Assembly: GCA_036867785.1 (NCBI GenBank)
Contig: CP145426.1
Coordinates: forward strand, 496,001 to 560,000
Source of the DNA: Plasmodiophora brassicae
Taxonomy: Eukaryota
DNA: 64,000 nucleotides
Direction: 5' to 3'
This document shows, one piece after another, positions 23,655 through 37,531 of the stretch; positions within the stretch are counted from its first letter, which is position 1; each line of letters starts with the position of its first letter. The notes under the pieces were generated by a model, which ran no database searches, was not told the origin of the DNA, and worked only from the letters and a program-made list of their open reading frames with translations. The translations under genes were made by a program, and so were the position numbers.

Positions 23655-25393
23655 ATGACCGTCAATGCCGACGTGTCAGTGGTGGAGTCGACGACCGCGT
23701 CCGCCGTCGACGGCGACGTATTCTACCTGGAGGAGAACGGCCAGCTCATCCTGCCGTACGTGCCCCCAGCGTACCTGAACGTGAACTCGGCCAAGATCCT
23801 CGACGGCCTCTTCATCGGCAACAAGGACGCGGCCACCGACCTCGAGTTCATCACCAGCAACAAGATCACGCACATCGTACACACACGTGTCCCCCGGTGA
23901 TCACAGCGATGGCCTCTAAGCGTGCACCTAATTGGCAGATCAACTGCGTTGGGCATCTGCTACCAAGCTCGTTGGCGAAGCTCGGCGTCCAGTACCTGAA
24001 TTTCCAATGGATCGACGCCAAGACGACCGTCATGTTCGACGCCGACGGAAAGACGCTGATGCGAATCGTATCGTTCATCCAGTCGGCGCTGGCCAACCAC
24101 AACGGCATCCTGATATTCTCCATTCACGGCAAATGTACGTTTCCGGACGATCGCCCGCGAATACGGCCATTGATGGACGCCGTCGTTGATGGCCAGCTCG
24201 ATCGTGCTGCGTGGCGGCCGCGTTCCTGATGCATCAGTTCTCGTGGTCGCTGCAGAAGGCGCTGGAGTTCATCCAGTTCAAGCGCCCGGACGTGAACCCG
24301 AAGCCGTACTTCCTGCGCCAGCTGCGCCGCATGGAGAAGGCGCTTCTGCGGAACACGCGCGACCCGGTCGATATCGCGGGCAGGTGGCTCGACCAATGCG
24401 CATCGCCCCACGAGCTCGTCGCTCGCAACACCGTATGGACCCATGCGCGCCTGTCTGCGCCCATGCATGGGCTGAGAGGCGTCACAGTTCCTCAACGGGC
24501 ACTACATCAAGGCGGAACATGAGAAGGGCGCCGATTTCAAAGTGTACGAAGACTTTGACCAAGTGCCGGCATCGCGGGCGTCGCCGGCGTCCAGCTCGAA
24601 GACGTTACGGTGGATCGATGAAGTGTCGCCGGATACGACCCTGGAACGCTCCAGCGGGAAAGCGTATTCGACGACACCGACGGCGGCAACAGCCGAAATC
24701 GTGTCCATCTTGAAGACGAGGGCGGGATCGGGCCCACGTCGTCCACCGTCGGAGGTGGTGACGGTTGCGGAGCAGGCCCCCGTTCACAAAGTGAAGAGCG
24801 CCTGGAACATGATCAGCGCGGGGGAGCCCATGATCAGCATTCGACGACCGTCGTCCGCCCAGTCCGATGTGGAGGATCAACAGGCGCATGCCATGTTCGT
24901 AAACTGGCCTCGGCGATGGTTCCGACGAGTGCTGACGTCGTGCAGGTCGATGGGGTGGCGACCACGATCACTGGTGGGACGCGTGGGCAGTGCTGGGTCG
25001 GCGTTGGCGAAGAAGTACAGAAAGAGCAGCACCGCACGCGCGTCTTCGATGGCGCACGCTGCGACGGTATCGTCGCTGGCCAAGGTGAAGAACGCCATCA
25101 AGTACAGGACGGGCGACGTGTCGGCAGCGACGCCGCTGACGAAGAGGATACCGTCGTCGACAGTGGCGACGACGTCCAGGGCGAGGACAAAGGGCCGATC
25201 CACGCCGGTCTCAGTGGCCGGGGAATTCGACGACCCCTGGTTGGGCAAGTTCGCCAGGCTGACCCTAAAGGACAAGCGGTCGCTGTCGACGACGACGCCA
25301 TCAGCGCCGCTGAGTGTCAGTGGCACCACGAAACGCCCGCTGAGTGCGTCGGCCATCAAACACCCGGCAGCGTCATCAATGAGGTCGTTCTGA
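23655..25393 (+). CDS. Dual-specificity phosphatase-like protein (catalytic Cys replaced) with disordered C-terminus, multi-exon
   Basis: KILDGLFIGNKDAATDLEFITSNKITHI(I)NC; spliced active-site loop ILIFSIHGKSRSCCVAAAFLM; ALEFIQFKRPDVNPKPYFLRQL. Confidence 0.82.
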
Positions 25394-25591
25394 ACAACAG
25401 CGGGGCATCCATTGACGCGTCCCCGGTCTACAGTCAATACAGCATCGGCCGTTCCAGCGGCGGCTGACGAACGTGTCATCATTATCAGGCGCGCTCGGAC
25501 ACCGAACCGTGAGTGTCGGCTCGGGGATTGGTAATTAGCGCGCCTGCGCCACTGGCGATGGATTGGTGGTCTCTCTGATCACATCGAACGG

Positions 25592-26388
25592 ATGACCCGC
25601 GGCGCTCCTGTCAACGTTGTGACGGGGTCCCTCTTCCTGCTCGCCGCAGCTCTTCTCAGTGCTCCCAGCATCGCCGCTCTGACGCTCTGCTCCAGCGACG
25701 CTGTGGACCACATCGTCGACAGGTCGGCGGCGATCGCGCATTCTAGATGGCTCTACAATACCGTTCGCGACCTTGGAAGAGGTGACGGCGTCGTTATCCC
25801 GCTGCCCGGCATCTACAGTGCAGAGCTGGTGACAATCCTGGACTTCATCAATGCCACCAAGGTATACGAGGTAGGGCCGCAGTACTACGCTGCTGTGTCA
25901 TCGTTAGGCGTGCCTACAGGCTGCTATCCCATACACAGGTTGAGCGCGCCGCCCAGTGGGCCCGGGACAAGCATCTGGCCACGATGGACATTGCCGAGCA
26001 GTGCCGTCTCCTGGGGGCCGCAGAATACCTCGACATGCCTTCCTTCACGATCGCTCTTGCAAGTGCAATGCACCCATCGACCGATGACATCGCTCGGATG
26101 CGTGTCATGGTGTCCAAGAAGACGTTCCGATTCGTCATGGGCATCATTCGCCTGGGTCAGATGGCGCGCACGGATGATCAGCACGCTATCGTCAGGCGGA
26201 TTCATATCCTGCTGATCGTCGGTGGCGACGTCGCCCTCGTCAACGACGCCCTATGGGAGGACTTCGACAACGTCCTGTACTGCGCCGCAGAGCACAGCGA
26301 GGAGCATGTCGTCGATCTGCTCCTGACGATCCCGGGGATCGACGCCCGCGCCCCCGACTTCTCCATGCAGTGGACGCCGCTGGACTGA
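25592..26388 (+). CDS. Secreted SKP1/BTB-like + ankyrin-repeat protein, apparently truncated by a premature stop
   Basis: Signal peptide SLFLLAAALLSAPSIAA; LTLCSSD..IPLPGIYSAELVTILDF..LLGAAEYLDMP is SKP1-like; LYCAAEHSEEHVVDLLLTIPGID..WTPLD* is an ankyrin repeat that stops at the start of the next one. Confidence 0.65.
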
Positions 26389-26657
26389 GCTCTGGCGTGC
26401 ATGTATAACACGATCGTATTGGCTGGTGGGCATCACAGGTTGGCCGAGCGCGCTCGATGGGTCCTCAGAGCTGGTTGAGTGTGCTTTACCCGAAACTGCC
26501 CCGTGGCGCGCTGCCAGACGTGTGCACCAAAACGGGGGCGGCGACCGCTCGTTTTTGCGTCTGTCGCAGGCAGCGGCGACTGGTTCAGGCCCGCGGTGCC
26601 CATTGGTCATTCGCCGGGTTGGGCCCGCCGCCCTGTTGCGCCCTGTACCGGGGCCAA

Positions 26658-29600
26658 TGTCGTCATCATCGTGGGCGGCCGCCGTCGTCGCTCGCCTGCC
26701 CGATCGGCAGCGCCTGCTGGGCGACCTGCGCAAGCGCCTGCACCGCCGGGTGCTGTCGCTGATGGTGACGCGCACCGGCCCCGTCGTCCTCGTCGTTGCC
26801 GCGTCGATCGGCGTTGTCGCCGCGGTGCACGTCCTGCTCCTCGTAGGCCAATGTGCGATGGGATCCGATACGGGTGTGTGTATAGGGGCTGACGTGTGCG
26901 CGCGTCTCGTGCAGACTCCGCGTTCGTGGTCGGCTGTGCGACCCGCTCCTGCCCGCACGCCTACAACAACATCGGGCGACGGTCGTTCCAGGGCGACCTG
27001 TGCGCCCCGGTGTTCGACGTCGTCTACACGTGGGTCAACGGGTCCGACCGGGCCCTGATCGAACAGATCCAGCGGTACCGCGCCGAAGGTGCTCGCCCCG
27101 CTATCGACGTCGTCCACCCGGCTGGGCGGTACTGACATGCGATGGCGTTGTTCAGACGGGGAGCTGGCCAGCGACATCGCCAGCGTCGACAAGCACAACG
27201 CCGATGCGGCGGCGATCGCCGAGGCCACTGGCGCCGAACCCACCCAGCCGGAGGTCGTCGACGAGAAGAAGCACGGGCAGAACCGATTCAGGGGTGGGTG
27301 GAGGCGCGTGCGTGTTCACGCACCCATGGGGGCGTTGTGCGGGTGCGGGTTGTCCCTGACCGTCGTGTGCCTGCCGTCTGTCCAGACAACGAGGAGCTGC
27401 GGTACTCGCTGCGGTCGCTGTGGCTGTACGCGCCCTGGGTCCGCAACGTGTACATCGTGACGAACGGGCAGGTGCCGTACTGGCTGGACCTGTCCAACCC
27501 GAACGTCTTCATCGTCACGCACGGCGACATCTTCCCGAACCGCGCCGACCTGCCCGTGTTCTCGTCGCCGGCCATCGAGGTGCACCTCCATCGCATACCG
27601 GGCCTGTCGGACCGCTTCCTCTACTTCAACGACGACACCATGCTGGGCAACGTCGTCTGGCCGGACGACTTCTGGAGCAGGGAGGGCGGCCAGAAGGTCT
27701 ACCTGTCCTGGGATGTCCCACAGTGCAACGCCGGCTGCCCGGATTCCTGGCTCAACGACAACTACTGCGACCTGGTATGGGGTGCCGGGACGCGCCTGCC
27801 CGCGCCCGCTCGCTCTGACCCGACCGCGGACGCTCAGGTGTGCAACACCTCCTCCTGCAACTACGACGAGGGCGACTGCCTCGGGCCGAACATCAACGAC
27901 CGCGGGCCAAAGTCGTGGAAGAACAGCCGGCCGCAGGCGTCGTCGTCGGCGCGCCCGGGCCATGTCCCGCGTGCGCCCATCCAGCAGCAGGAGCTTCCGA
28001 CGCAGACGTACTGCGGGACCGGCTGCCCGAATTCCTGGCTGGGCGACAAGGTCTGCGACCGGGCCTGCAAGACGGCGCGCTGCGGGTTCGACGCGGGCGA
28101 TTGCGGCACCGCCCTGGTTCGGGAATCCGTGCATCGCTACGAGCTGACGCGCAACGGCACCGAGATCGTCATCCCCGCCGATCGCATGTCCGCCTACGTT
28201 GACATGGCTGGTAAGCGCTGCGCCTGCTGCTGCGTCGCCGCGTTCGCCCTACCGACCGTCGTTTCGTCGTGCAGGGCGGATCCCGTACACGATCACGTCG
28301 GCCGAGCACGAGTGCGAGCTCTTCATGCGGTCGGCCATCATCATCCAGAGCGAGAAGCTGCTGATCCTGGTGCTGTTGCCCGCCGGCGAGGCGCCCGCCA
28401 CCTGTACCGTGGCGATCACGGCGCGCAAGACGGATCCCGATGGTGGCCCCGCGACCGATGTCCTCACCGTGTTCACCCTGCACCGACAAGGGACCGCGTC
28501 CAGCGCGGCGTCGTCGTCCAACGATACGGCCGTGGGCGTCGTGGAACCGGGCGCTGGCGCCGGCGTGTCGTTCGTCGACGAAGCGCAGAGCGCCGGCGAT
28601 GGCCCTGCCGACCCAGCTGGCAGGGCGCTGCTGTGGACGGGGGACGTCCTCGACCTGGAACATGTCGGCCAGTAGCCCTGTCGCTGCGTCCCCGATGCTG
28701 ACGGGGCGGGTTGCAGGTTCTGCGACAGGTCGCCGTCGAAGGCGTCCCGTCGGACAGGTTCCCGTCCGGCGTCGCCTTGCTGGGCGATATGAACGGTATG
28801 CACCGCCGGGCCGGGCCCTGGTGGTTGCACGTGCACTGCCCTGATGTGCTGTCTGTCTCAACGCAGAGGGTGACTGGGCGCTGGCGGAACGGTTGGTCGA
28901 GCGGAAACGCGAGCAGCTGGTTCGCCTGGCGGAGGACGAGGTCCTGGCAACGGTGGCGGAGCACGTCAGGAGGAACGAACGGGAGGCGGGCATGATCTGG
29001 CCCTGGCAGTTAGTGAAGGACTTTGCCCGGAGGGTGACGCCGCGAAACCGCCGCCTCCTGGATGCGTTCGGCGATTCGCTGCGGTTCGTCACGCGGCTGT
29101 ACAACGCGTACTTCTCGGTACAGTCCAGGAAGGTGCCCGCCCACATGCCGCACATGATCGACAAGAACATCGTGTACGAGATGCAGTCGATCTGGCCGGC
29201 AGAGTTTGCGGCGACGTCGTCGCACCGGTTTCGATCGTCGTCCGACATCCAGTTCGCCTTCTCCTACTTCTACTACATGATGGAGAGGTACGCCGCCTGG
29301 CTGCTGCTGCCACCTGTCGTCTGACGACGCACCGCCTGCACAGACCGGAGCGATTCGATGCCACCGCGTTCTTCCGCAACGAGATCGATCTGGACCGCGA
29401 TGGGTACGTCTCGGAGATGGAGTTGCGCCATCTGACCAGTCTCAACCGGCAGCTGTCGTTTTCGGAGCTGACCAACACCCTGATCAACTGCTCGGTACGT
29501 GTCCCGTCGCCATCCCAGACAGGCCAGAGCGCGCTGACCCCGCGATTGGACAGGTGGCCATCGCCCAGTCCCGAGGTCACCGGCTGTCGCTGGACGAAGG

Positions 29601-30156
29601 CGTCAGCGTGACCGAGGAGACCGTGCGCCTGTGCCCGCCCGTGCTGTCCATGTTGCGACCTATCGTGGAAGGTCGGAAACATTTCCGGCATCAGAAGGCG
29701 TCCATGGAGCAGGTCACGTTCTACATGGTCGGAGACAACGCCACCCTCGTCAGGCAACGTCTCGAGGTCGGGCGCCCCCTCCCCCGCAGGGTTGCTGCTG
29801 CTCCGTCTGGCCTGACCCGCGTGCAGGAAATCCTCGTGGAGCGCAAGAAGTTCGTGTGCCTGAACGACGACATGCGGAACCCGGAACCGAGCGTCAAGAC
29901 GGCCCTGTCCGAATTCTTCGAGGCGTACTACCCGATGCGGTCACCGTTCGAACTGCCGCCTGGCACGACCAACCGGTTCCTGTACATTGGCCCGCTGCGA
30001 TGGTGGATGCGGTTCGTCGCCCTCCTCTGGTTCCTGTTCGAATCCGCCATTGTCGCCGTGGTCATCTACGTCGTCATCAGAAGGGACGATGTCATTGCAT
30101 GGCTCCGGAAGCGGGACGCGAAGGTCAAGGTCGATAAAACCATGGTCGCTTTCTAG
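26658..30156 (+). CDS. GNPTAB: Stealth-family N-acetylglucosamine-1-phosphotransferase alpha/beta, multi-exon
   Basis: [11 protein letters not shown] (CR1), [36 protein letters not shown] (CR2), LNR repeats ([24 protein letters not shown]), [19 protein letters not shown] (CR3), EF-hand [20 protein letters not shown] (CR4), N- and C-terminal TMs. Confidence 0.92.
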
Positions 30157-30294
30157 GAGACGCGTGCCCCGAGCACCCAGTAGCGCTTCAACGGGGACCA
30201 CCACGTACAGGGTGACCCCATAAACAACATTGTAGATACGGTGGTTGTTCGACAGGTGGCACGGCCCAGGTGAACGTCCCGATGGGACGACGGT

Positions 30295-32454
30295 TCAACC
30301 GGCAGGTCCTGGATCCATTGTGTCACAGCGTCGCCTGGACGGCGAACGCCCCTGCCCCGCCGTGCCCTTGATGACGCTTCGCGTGTCGACGGATGCGGCG
30401 ACCTCCGCCGACCTGGATCTGTCCCGGAGGATCCGATATTCCACAGCGGCGATGATCGGCTGGCCATTGCTGTCGGTGACTGTCCGTCCCCATCGACGTA
30501 GGGCGCGACGGACGACCTGTGCCTGCTGCTGCTGCTGCTGCTGCTGGGCATGGACATCGTCCAGCGGGACCGATATATGGCAGGATGCAGACTGGCCCGA
30601 CCTCAGGCCGACCTGCACAGCGAGGGCAGTCCTCAGAACGCATCCAGGGCATGCGGTGACCGGCGAGGCGTACCCCAATCAGCAGGTGAAGGCAGGACGC
30701 GGAGCGCGGCAGCACATTGACAGGAACGGGTTCCCCCAGGGCTCCCGTCCGGAAGGAGACACAGCCCTGCCGATCCGGTTGGATGCCGACCCGCGTCGAC
30801 ACGACAAACGATGGGTCGTCCGGGTTGGGCGAGCACAGAATCCGGTCGATGACGACGCTGGAACACGATGTCGTCGTGGTCGACAACGGCGCCTGCCCCG
30901 GGCTGATGATGAGCTCTAATCCAGCGTAGACGCAGCTGCACAGCGACCGATCAGCAACGCTGGACGGGCGCCTGCCTGTTCGGGCGTGGGACACGCACGT
31001 ACTCGTGGTCGGTGTGAACAGGCAGGTCCTCGACCGGGTGGATGGCGTACAGGTCCCGGCCGCCATCCGACACGACAGGTACCAGCACCGACGACGACAG
31101 GTCGCGCGACGCGAACAGTACCCTGCAACAACGATGACGTCGGTGAGCACGTGGCGGGTCACAGGCCGCCACGTGCAAACGGATCTGTGTATACCTGTCG
31201 CACCAGGACGGCACGCGAACCTTCGGTTGCCCCGATCCGGCTTTGTACCTGCGGAACACACAGGGGGCGGTGGGTATGCGCCGTCCAACGGTGTGCACAC
31301 TGGTCGTACCAGCAAGGTCGTGATTCGACCGCGTACCGCTGGCCGGTCAACGACCGCATCGGGTCGAGCTTGTACGACGGCGGGAAGCGTATCCTGGGTT
31401 CGGCAAAGTCGACGAAGCACTGCTCCGCCCGCATCGCGTGTCGCAGTTCGTCCCGTTCGAGCAGGGCCTCGAGGTCGTTGCTGTGCCACAACACGTTGGG
31501 CGATACGCGCGTGACGCCAGTGGACGTGCGTGCGTACCTGGCAATGGCGGCCAGGGCGTCGTCGACCGGCATCTGGACGCGGAAATTCAGGTCGCCCATG
31601 ACGATGCAATGGTCGACGGCGTGCATCAGTTCACAGTCGGTGGCGCCGCCTGCGGTTGTGCCGGTTCAGTTCCACCCGCATCGCAGAGCGTCGGCGGTCG
31701 ATCGATCTCACACAGCGACCGGGCCATGGCCCTGCACAGCGTCGCCGCATCGCGCAGGCGGTTGTCCAGTGAGCTGGACGCCAGATGGGCGCCGACGATG
31801 GCCACCGAGACACCGTCGACGTCGAGCAGCGCGCCGGCGCCGCCCTTCGACCCCTGTACGAGCGACACACACACATTGGATGGGGCGGTCGTGGGCGTCG
31901 AATGACGGGTCGGGTCGCACCTCCAGGTGGCCGGTCGAGAACGACCCCGAGCGCAGACAGCGAACGCGATCGCCGCGCGCGTACACAGCAATGCCCGTAA
32001 ACTTGGGCCGCACGAAGGCGCCGTCGCCGCGCCCCCATGTCCGATCACCTGTCGCGTCGTTCAGCACGAGGCAGGCGGGCGGCGATGGGGAACGACAACG
32101 CCCCCAGACACGTACGCAGCAGCGCCAAGCGGTGGCAGCGCCTGACCGACATGACCTTGGCGATGCGATCGAGCAGGGCGTCCGACCTGCACTCCTGGAC
32201 GGCGAACGCCTGCCCGGCACTGGTCAGCAGCAGGCAACTGCTGGGCACGCGCGCCCGCTCTGTCTCCCCCCACGTACATAGACGTCGTACCCATCGGGGA
32301 GCGCCTGACAGCACGCCCCCGGTCCACCATGGTCGTCAGCGGCGGCGCCCAGGTTCCACGTCCAAGCCAGGATGCGCCGACGTCGCCCGCCGACGACGTC
32401 CCGATCCACGTCCCCGGCAGAACCCTGCTGGGACGACGACGACGACGCCTCCAT
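30295..32454 (-). CDS. Inositol polyphosphate 5-phosphatase family protein, multi-exon (3' end approximate)
   Basis: ILAWTWNLGA, SKGGAG..VAIVGAHLAS, IVMGDLNFRV, LLERDEL, FAEPRIRFPPSYK, RPCWYD..RVLF, TDH. Confidence 0.78.
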
Positions 32455-32613
32455 GACGTGACAAGCCCGCCCCGATCGGGAGGTGCGCGACGGAATCCGC
32501 GCCGTCGCCATCGCAAGACGCCGCCGGCAACGACGAACAGGCCTAAACATCGATACGTGTACTGTGGGTGGACATGACAATACGATAGGGGGTGGGACGC
32601 GGGCGGGGCGCTA

Positions 32614-35600
32614 CTACTGGCGCCGGTTCGATCGCCGCACGAGGCGGAACGTGTCGCGCGTCCGGGTCGATGACGGCGGCGCTGCTGCAGGACGTGTTGT
32701 GCCGCGGGCGGTCGCCTTGCCGACGTTGTCGTCGGCCATGAACGTGTCGACGAGGTCGCTGTCGCGATGGGTCTCGTCGACGACGCCGTCGCTGCTGTCC
32801 AGGTCGACGGCGGCGAAGTCGTCGCGTTCCTGCAACATGGGGCGAAGGTCAGAGCGGGCGGGGCCCAACACGGTGCCACGCGAACGGGAACCGACCTCGT
32901 CGTGGTGCACCTCACGGGTGGCGATGCCCTCGCCGCGCCGGACGACAGGCGACGACGACGTTCGCATTGCGCCCGGCCCATCATCATCATCGTCGTCCTC
33001 GCCATCATCCTGGGCGGCGAACACTTCCTCGTCATTCGCAATCGTGTCGTCGTCGTCGCCCGTGTCGCTGTCGGACGACGACGCATCGGCCAGGGACGAC
33101 GAATGGGAGAACAGTTTGGCCCGGCGCGGCAGGGACCTGCGCGAACCGACCGACGCGGTCGGCGTGGGCGCGGGGCTCGTCGTCTTCTGCCTCTTGGGTC
33201 TGGGGGTCGACGGCGCCGAGTGCGTTGCCGCTGACGTCGGTGGCGCCGCCGGGGCCTTGATTGTAAACCCTTGCGGCAGGTATGAACCTTGAACGGGGCC
33301 CTCCAACGTCTTGAACCACTGCGCAGGCAACGACAGCGGCGACGACGACGAGTCCTCCGTCAGCGATGACCATTCGGCGCCCTGGTACTTGTGCCGGACG
33401 ATTTGAAGCGACACTTCCACGAGGGCGTACAGGGGTCGCGAGTCGCGCCCCCCAGCCAGCACGGACGACTTGAGGCGCGTCAGCAAGGCCAACATGAAGG
33501 CGAAGTTGTGGTGGTGGGCGGTCAGCACACAGTCTGCACCAATGACGACGGGTCATCCGAGGCAGGCACAACGCAGACCGGTGTGGCGGATGGAAACGGA
33601 CCCATGAACGCTTGGATGTGTCGTGCCGCGCGCCGCAACGCGTCCGAATCGCCTGGGTCGACGTCGGCGGACAGCACATGCAGAAGATAGACGAGCGCGT
33701 ACTCGGGCATGTACGACAGGGACACCATTCTCACACCAGGCTGCGCTCGTCGCGCCAGCATCGCCGACGCCTGCCTGAGACGCGCGACAAGGACGGACAC
33801 GTGTTTACGAGCTTTCCGCGAAACCTCGATATCTGCCATCGGCGTTCAGCTCCGGGTGTGCGTCACCGTTTCGTCATTCCACGACGCCTCACCGGAATCG
33901 TTGATGGCCAGCACGAGAATGATCGCGTACCGGAACGGGATCCGCAGCAACAGCAGCTGCGACCAGGCAGAGTCGACGGCCGCTTCACGAACGGCGACAG
34001 AAGATGCCGGGTCCGTAACCAGGCGGGTGAGGGCGTGGAATTCATCGACCGTAAGGAGACCTACTGGAATTGTCAGGTCCATGCTAGCGGCAATTCGGCC
34101 AGGTGCCAACGTTCGTATTTCGGCTGTGATATCACGACGAACAGCGTCTCGATAGCGGCGATCAATTGAACATCGAGGTCGTCATCGACCTTGCAGCCAG
34201 GGAACTGCCCCTTGGCCCGTACGATATCCATCAGCAGTCGAAGCAGGGGCCGAGCGTCCCCGTCCTCCCCAGATCCCAACAGATGGTTTGTGACGAACCG
34301 CAGCCCTGCATTGGAGACGGGTTAGAAGCAGACGGCATCGGGAACCGATACCGATAATGCCGACCAGCTGCCTTGGCAGGACCCAGATGTCGCCCGTCGC
34401 TTGTAAAGACTTCGTTCTGGACGCGCTGTACGAGGCGATCATCAGGGTCGGCTTCCTGGAACAGATCCATACGATTGCGAGCAATGTGGGCGCAGGCCGA
34501 CAAGACTGGAGCCGACTCAGGCGCGTCCATGTTCAGGGCCAGCCGCACAACATCTCGGAGGACATCGTCCTCCCTCGACGAGGACAGGATCTCAGCGGCA
34601 CTAGTGGCCTGCGCAACCGACCCGCTCTCGCAGAGGCTGCGAAGGACTTCAGTCGGGGCGCGCTCAAGAGCAACGCCGGCAGCACAGCATCGCGAAACGC
34701 ATCGCAGCGCTGAATCGGTAATGGCCGTCGCAGGGAACGCAATTAGAGAAGCCAGCTCATCGAGAACGTCAGCCATCATAGCAGGTGCGTGCTCTGAGAA
34801 CGCGGACAGCAACGCCATCGCGTCTGCCGCGAGGCGCGGATTGCCTAGCGACGGCCATCAGAATATCCCGCCCGTCGATCTGCAACGGGGAACGTACCTT
34901 TGGGTGCATTGTGGTGCCTCGCTAGTTCAACCAAGGGCCCAACATTGTCTTTCCCGACGGTCGTCATAGCAGCCGCTGCGGCGGTAACGTCGGCGGCATG
35001 CTGCACCTTCTTGTTGCCGGTCAGAGCAGAGTGCAGATTGCGCATGGCTGTGCGAACGTCCTCGACGCCCAGCCGCAGATCGATACACGCACGGAGCCAT
35101 TTGTAGACGTTGCCATCCTTCTGTTCGAAGACGGGCTTCAGGTCAACCTGCGCACCGTGCAGCAGCACGACACTGTAAGCAAGCACCGCCCCGCAGCACA
35201 GGACAGACGTTCGACGACCTGTGTGGGGAGCAACGTCGACAGCGTTGCAAGGCGTTGATCCCGTTGCGCGATGGCATCCGCGTCGCCCGCAGCGGCGCGG
35301 CTGCGCAGGCTGAGAACGTCGGTGAGGCACGCTCGCACAGCGGCCTTCTCCGCAAAGTAGTGACGAATGAACGCGCGCCGGTTCGTCTCGGAGCACGTGG
35401 CGAACGTCGCCAGCAGGAGGGCCGTCCGCGCATTCGGGTCCAGCCCGCGGTCGATGACGTCGATGTCGATTCTCTCGTCGGCGAACGCCCCTTTGTCTGG
35501 CAGTGGTTTCGCGAACAGCCCAATGAGCTGCTGCGGGATGCCGCTGAACTTCTTCAGGTGGGACGGAACGGGGCGCGCCTCGCACCAGTGCCGCGCGCAG

Positions 35601-37181
35601 TGCATCTTGAACAGAACAGCGAGCCCCGTAATGCATTCCCGACGGACGGCGGGCTTCTTGTCCATCAGCCGGGCGGCGATGGCCTTGAGCAACGAGGACT
35701 CGACAACATCGGGATCGGTGGCGGCAACTGCACAGACAGACCGCACCTACACGAGGCACAGTCGTCAGAAACAAGCACGTCCTTCAGAGGCAGGGCCGTG
35801 TTCAGAGTGTGCCTCCGAAACGACCAGGGTTCAGACCAAGGCACAACGAACGCGCTCGTTCGGATCCAGAGCGCGATCGACCAGAAGTGATGTCAGGTGA
35901 ACGCGTATTTCCGGGACCTACGCGGCAGCGAATTGGGCGACAGCCCCGCTGGCGAGGCACGTCCTCGACTTACGTAGCATAGGATGTCGGGCGCGCGTCC
36001 AACAAACTCCTCGCGGATCCCGTCGTTAATATCAGTCGACCGCTTGAGGTATGCATTCAGCAGCAGCGTGAATTCCGACGGCATCTCGCCCTGTTCCTGC
36101 GAGAACACACGACCGAACAGCTTGACGAATTCGAGCCGAACCGTGTCGTCCTGGGATTCCAACGCGTCCTTCCAGATGTTGTGTCAGTTGCCTACTGGAG
36201 CGACAGCAACTGGGACATGCGATGGGACCTGCAGTTTGGGGAGAGCACCGCGAAGAATGCTACAGTCAAGACATGCCAACTGATAGATCAGATCCAGCTG
36301 CTGAACGCGAGTGCCAATGTCGGTTGCGCTCTCCGACGTCTTGTCCTTAGCTATCGCGCCCTGATGGCACCGGCAGTGTCAGCCCGGTACGGAACGACGA
36401 GCACTGGCGTAGCATACGATGATGTCGGTGAGGACGCCCTCGATCATGGGCTTGCACTCGCGAACAATGCGTTTCGCTAGGTCGGCACTGCGAGGCGACG
36501 ACGAGTCGAGGATAGCGCGCAGGACGATCACGACCAGGGATCTCGGCACGGGATCGGCTTCTTCCAGCACACTGCATAGCATATCGCGAAGGCAATTCTC
36601 GAACGGTTGCGGCAGCCCTCGAGCTGATATCTTGATGCAGGTTTCAAACAGCTCTACGAGGACAACCTCGTTCTCGTCGTCGTCGCTGCTGCTGACGTTG
36701 GCCGGGTCCAGCAGCACCAATGGAATGCGCACCAGTGACAGGGTCTCCAGTATGTGGAACTGCCGCGACAGGTACGACGACGATGTCGACTCGCCAATCG
36801 ATGCCAGCTGTCCGATCAGAAGGCGGAAGACCTGTGCGGCAGGGGGATCAGTAACAGGACGGCGTGCCTGAATTCGGCACACAGCTCGACCTGCTGGAGC
36901 TGAGCGCCGATCCACGGCGACTGGGGCGCTCCGATGCGAAACATCTCGACGATGCAGGTCGCGGCATACATTCGTATATCAAACTTGGACGACGACAGGA
37001 TGGCATGGGATGCGAGCTCGCGCGCCAGGACCGTCATGTCCGGGTGGTCGTCGGCCTGCACGATGGCGAGCGCCTTGGCGAGCGTCTTGAGCGTGTTGAG
37101 CAGATCGCGATGCGTGGCCTTGGACAGGGCGCCGGGTCGGCAGGCGGCCCGTACCTCGCGCAGGGCGGCATCGGAGGACAT
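32614..37181 (-). CDS. PDS5: Sister chromatid cohesion protein PDS5, multi-exon
   Basis: ATCIVEMFRIGAPQSP, FHILETLSLVR, VRLEFVKLFGRVFS, RLMDKKPAVRRECITGLA, YMPEYALVYLLHVLS, and an acidic/basic tail. Confidence 0.88.
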
Positions 37182-37531
37182 GACGCGGGCTACCTCCTGA
37201 CAGGGAATCGGCAGCACACGCCGTCCGCGCGCCCCTCCCCCCCCCAAAATAACAGCGCCCCGTCGACACACCTGCCTTGAACTCGACTGCACCGATCCAT
37301 CCCGCACGGTGCATATCCGGCTGCTACGACGGCGTCAAACAGCAACAATAACAACAGCGGCTGAAACAGTGCCGGGGTGCCATTCCTCGACGCCCCCCAG
37401 CCGTGGGCTGCAAGTGCAGAAGGACGGATATTCTGCGCGCGCACCCACTGTGTGCTGACGCGGGGTCGTAGGGGTCACGCGCGGCCATCCCCCGCTTTTG
37501 TGAGGTGCGTGTTCGTGTGCCGTCGTCGACG

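Noticed and set aside
30986-32281. 431-aa Arg/Pro-rich plus-strand ORF and similar long antisense ORFs
   Set aside because: These are shadow frames of GC-rich genes on the opposite strand.
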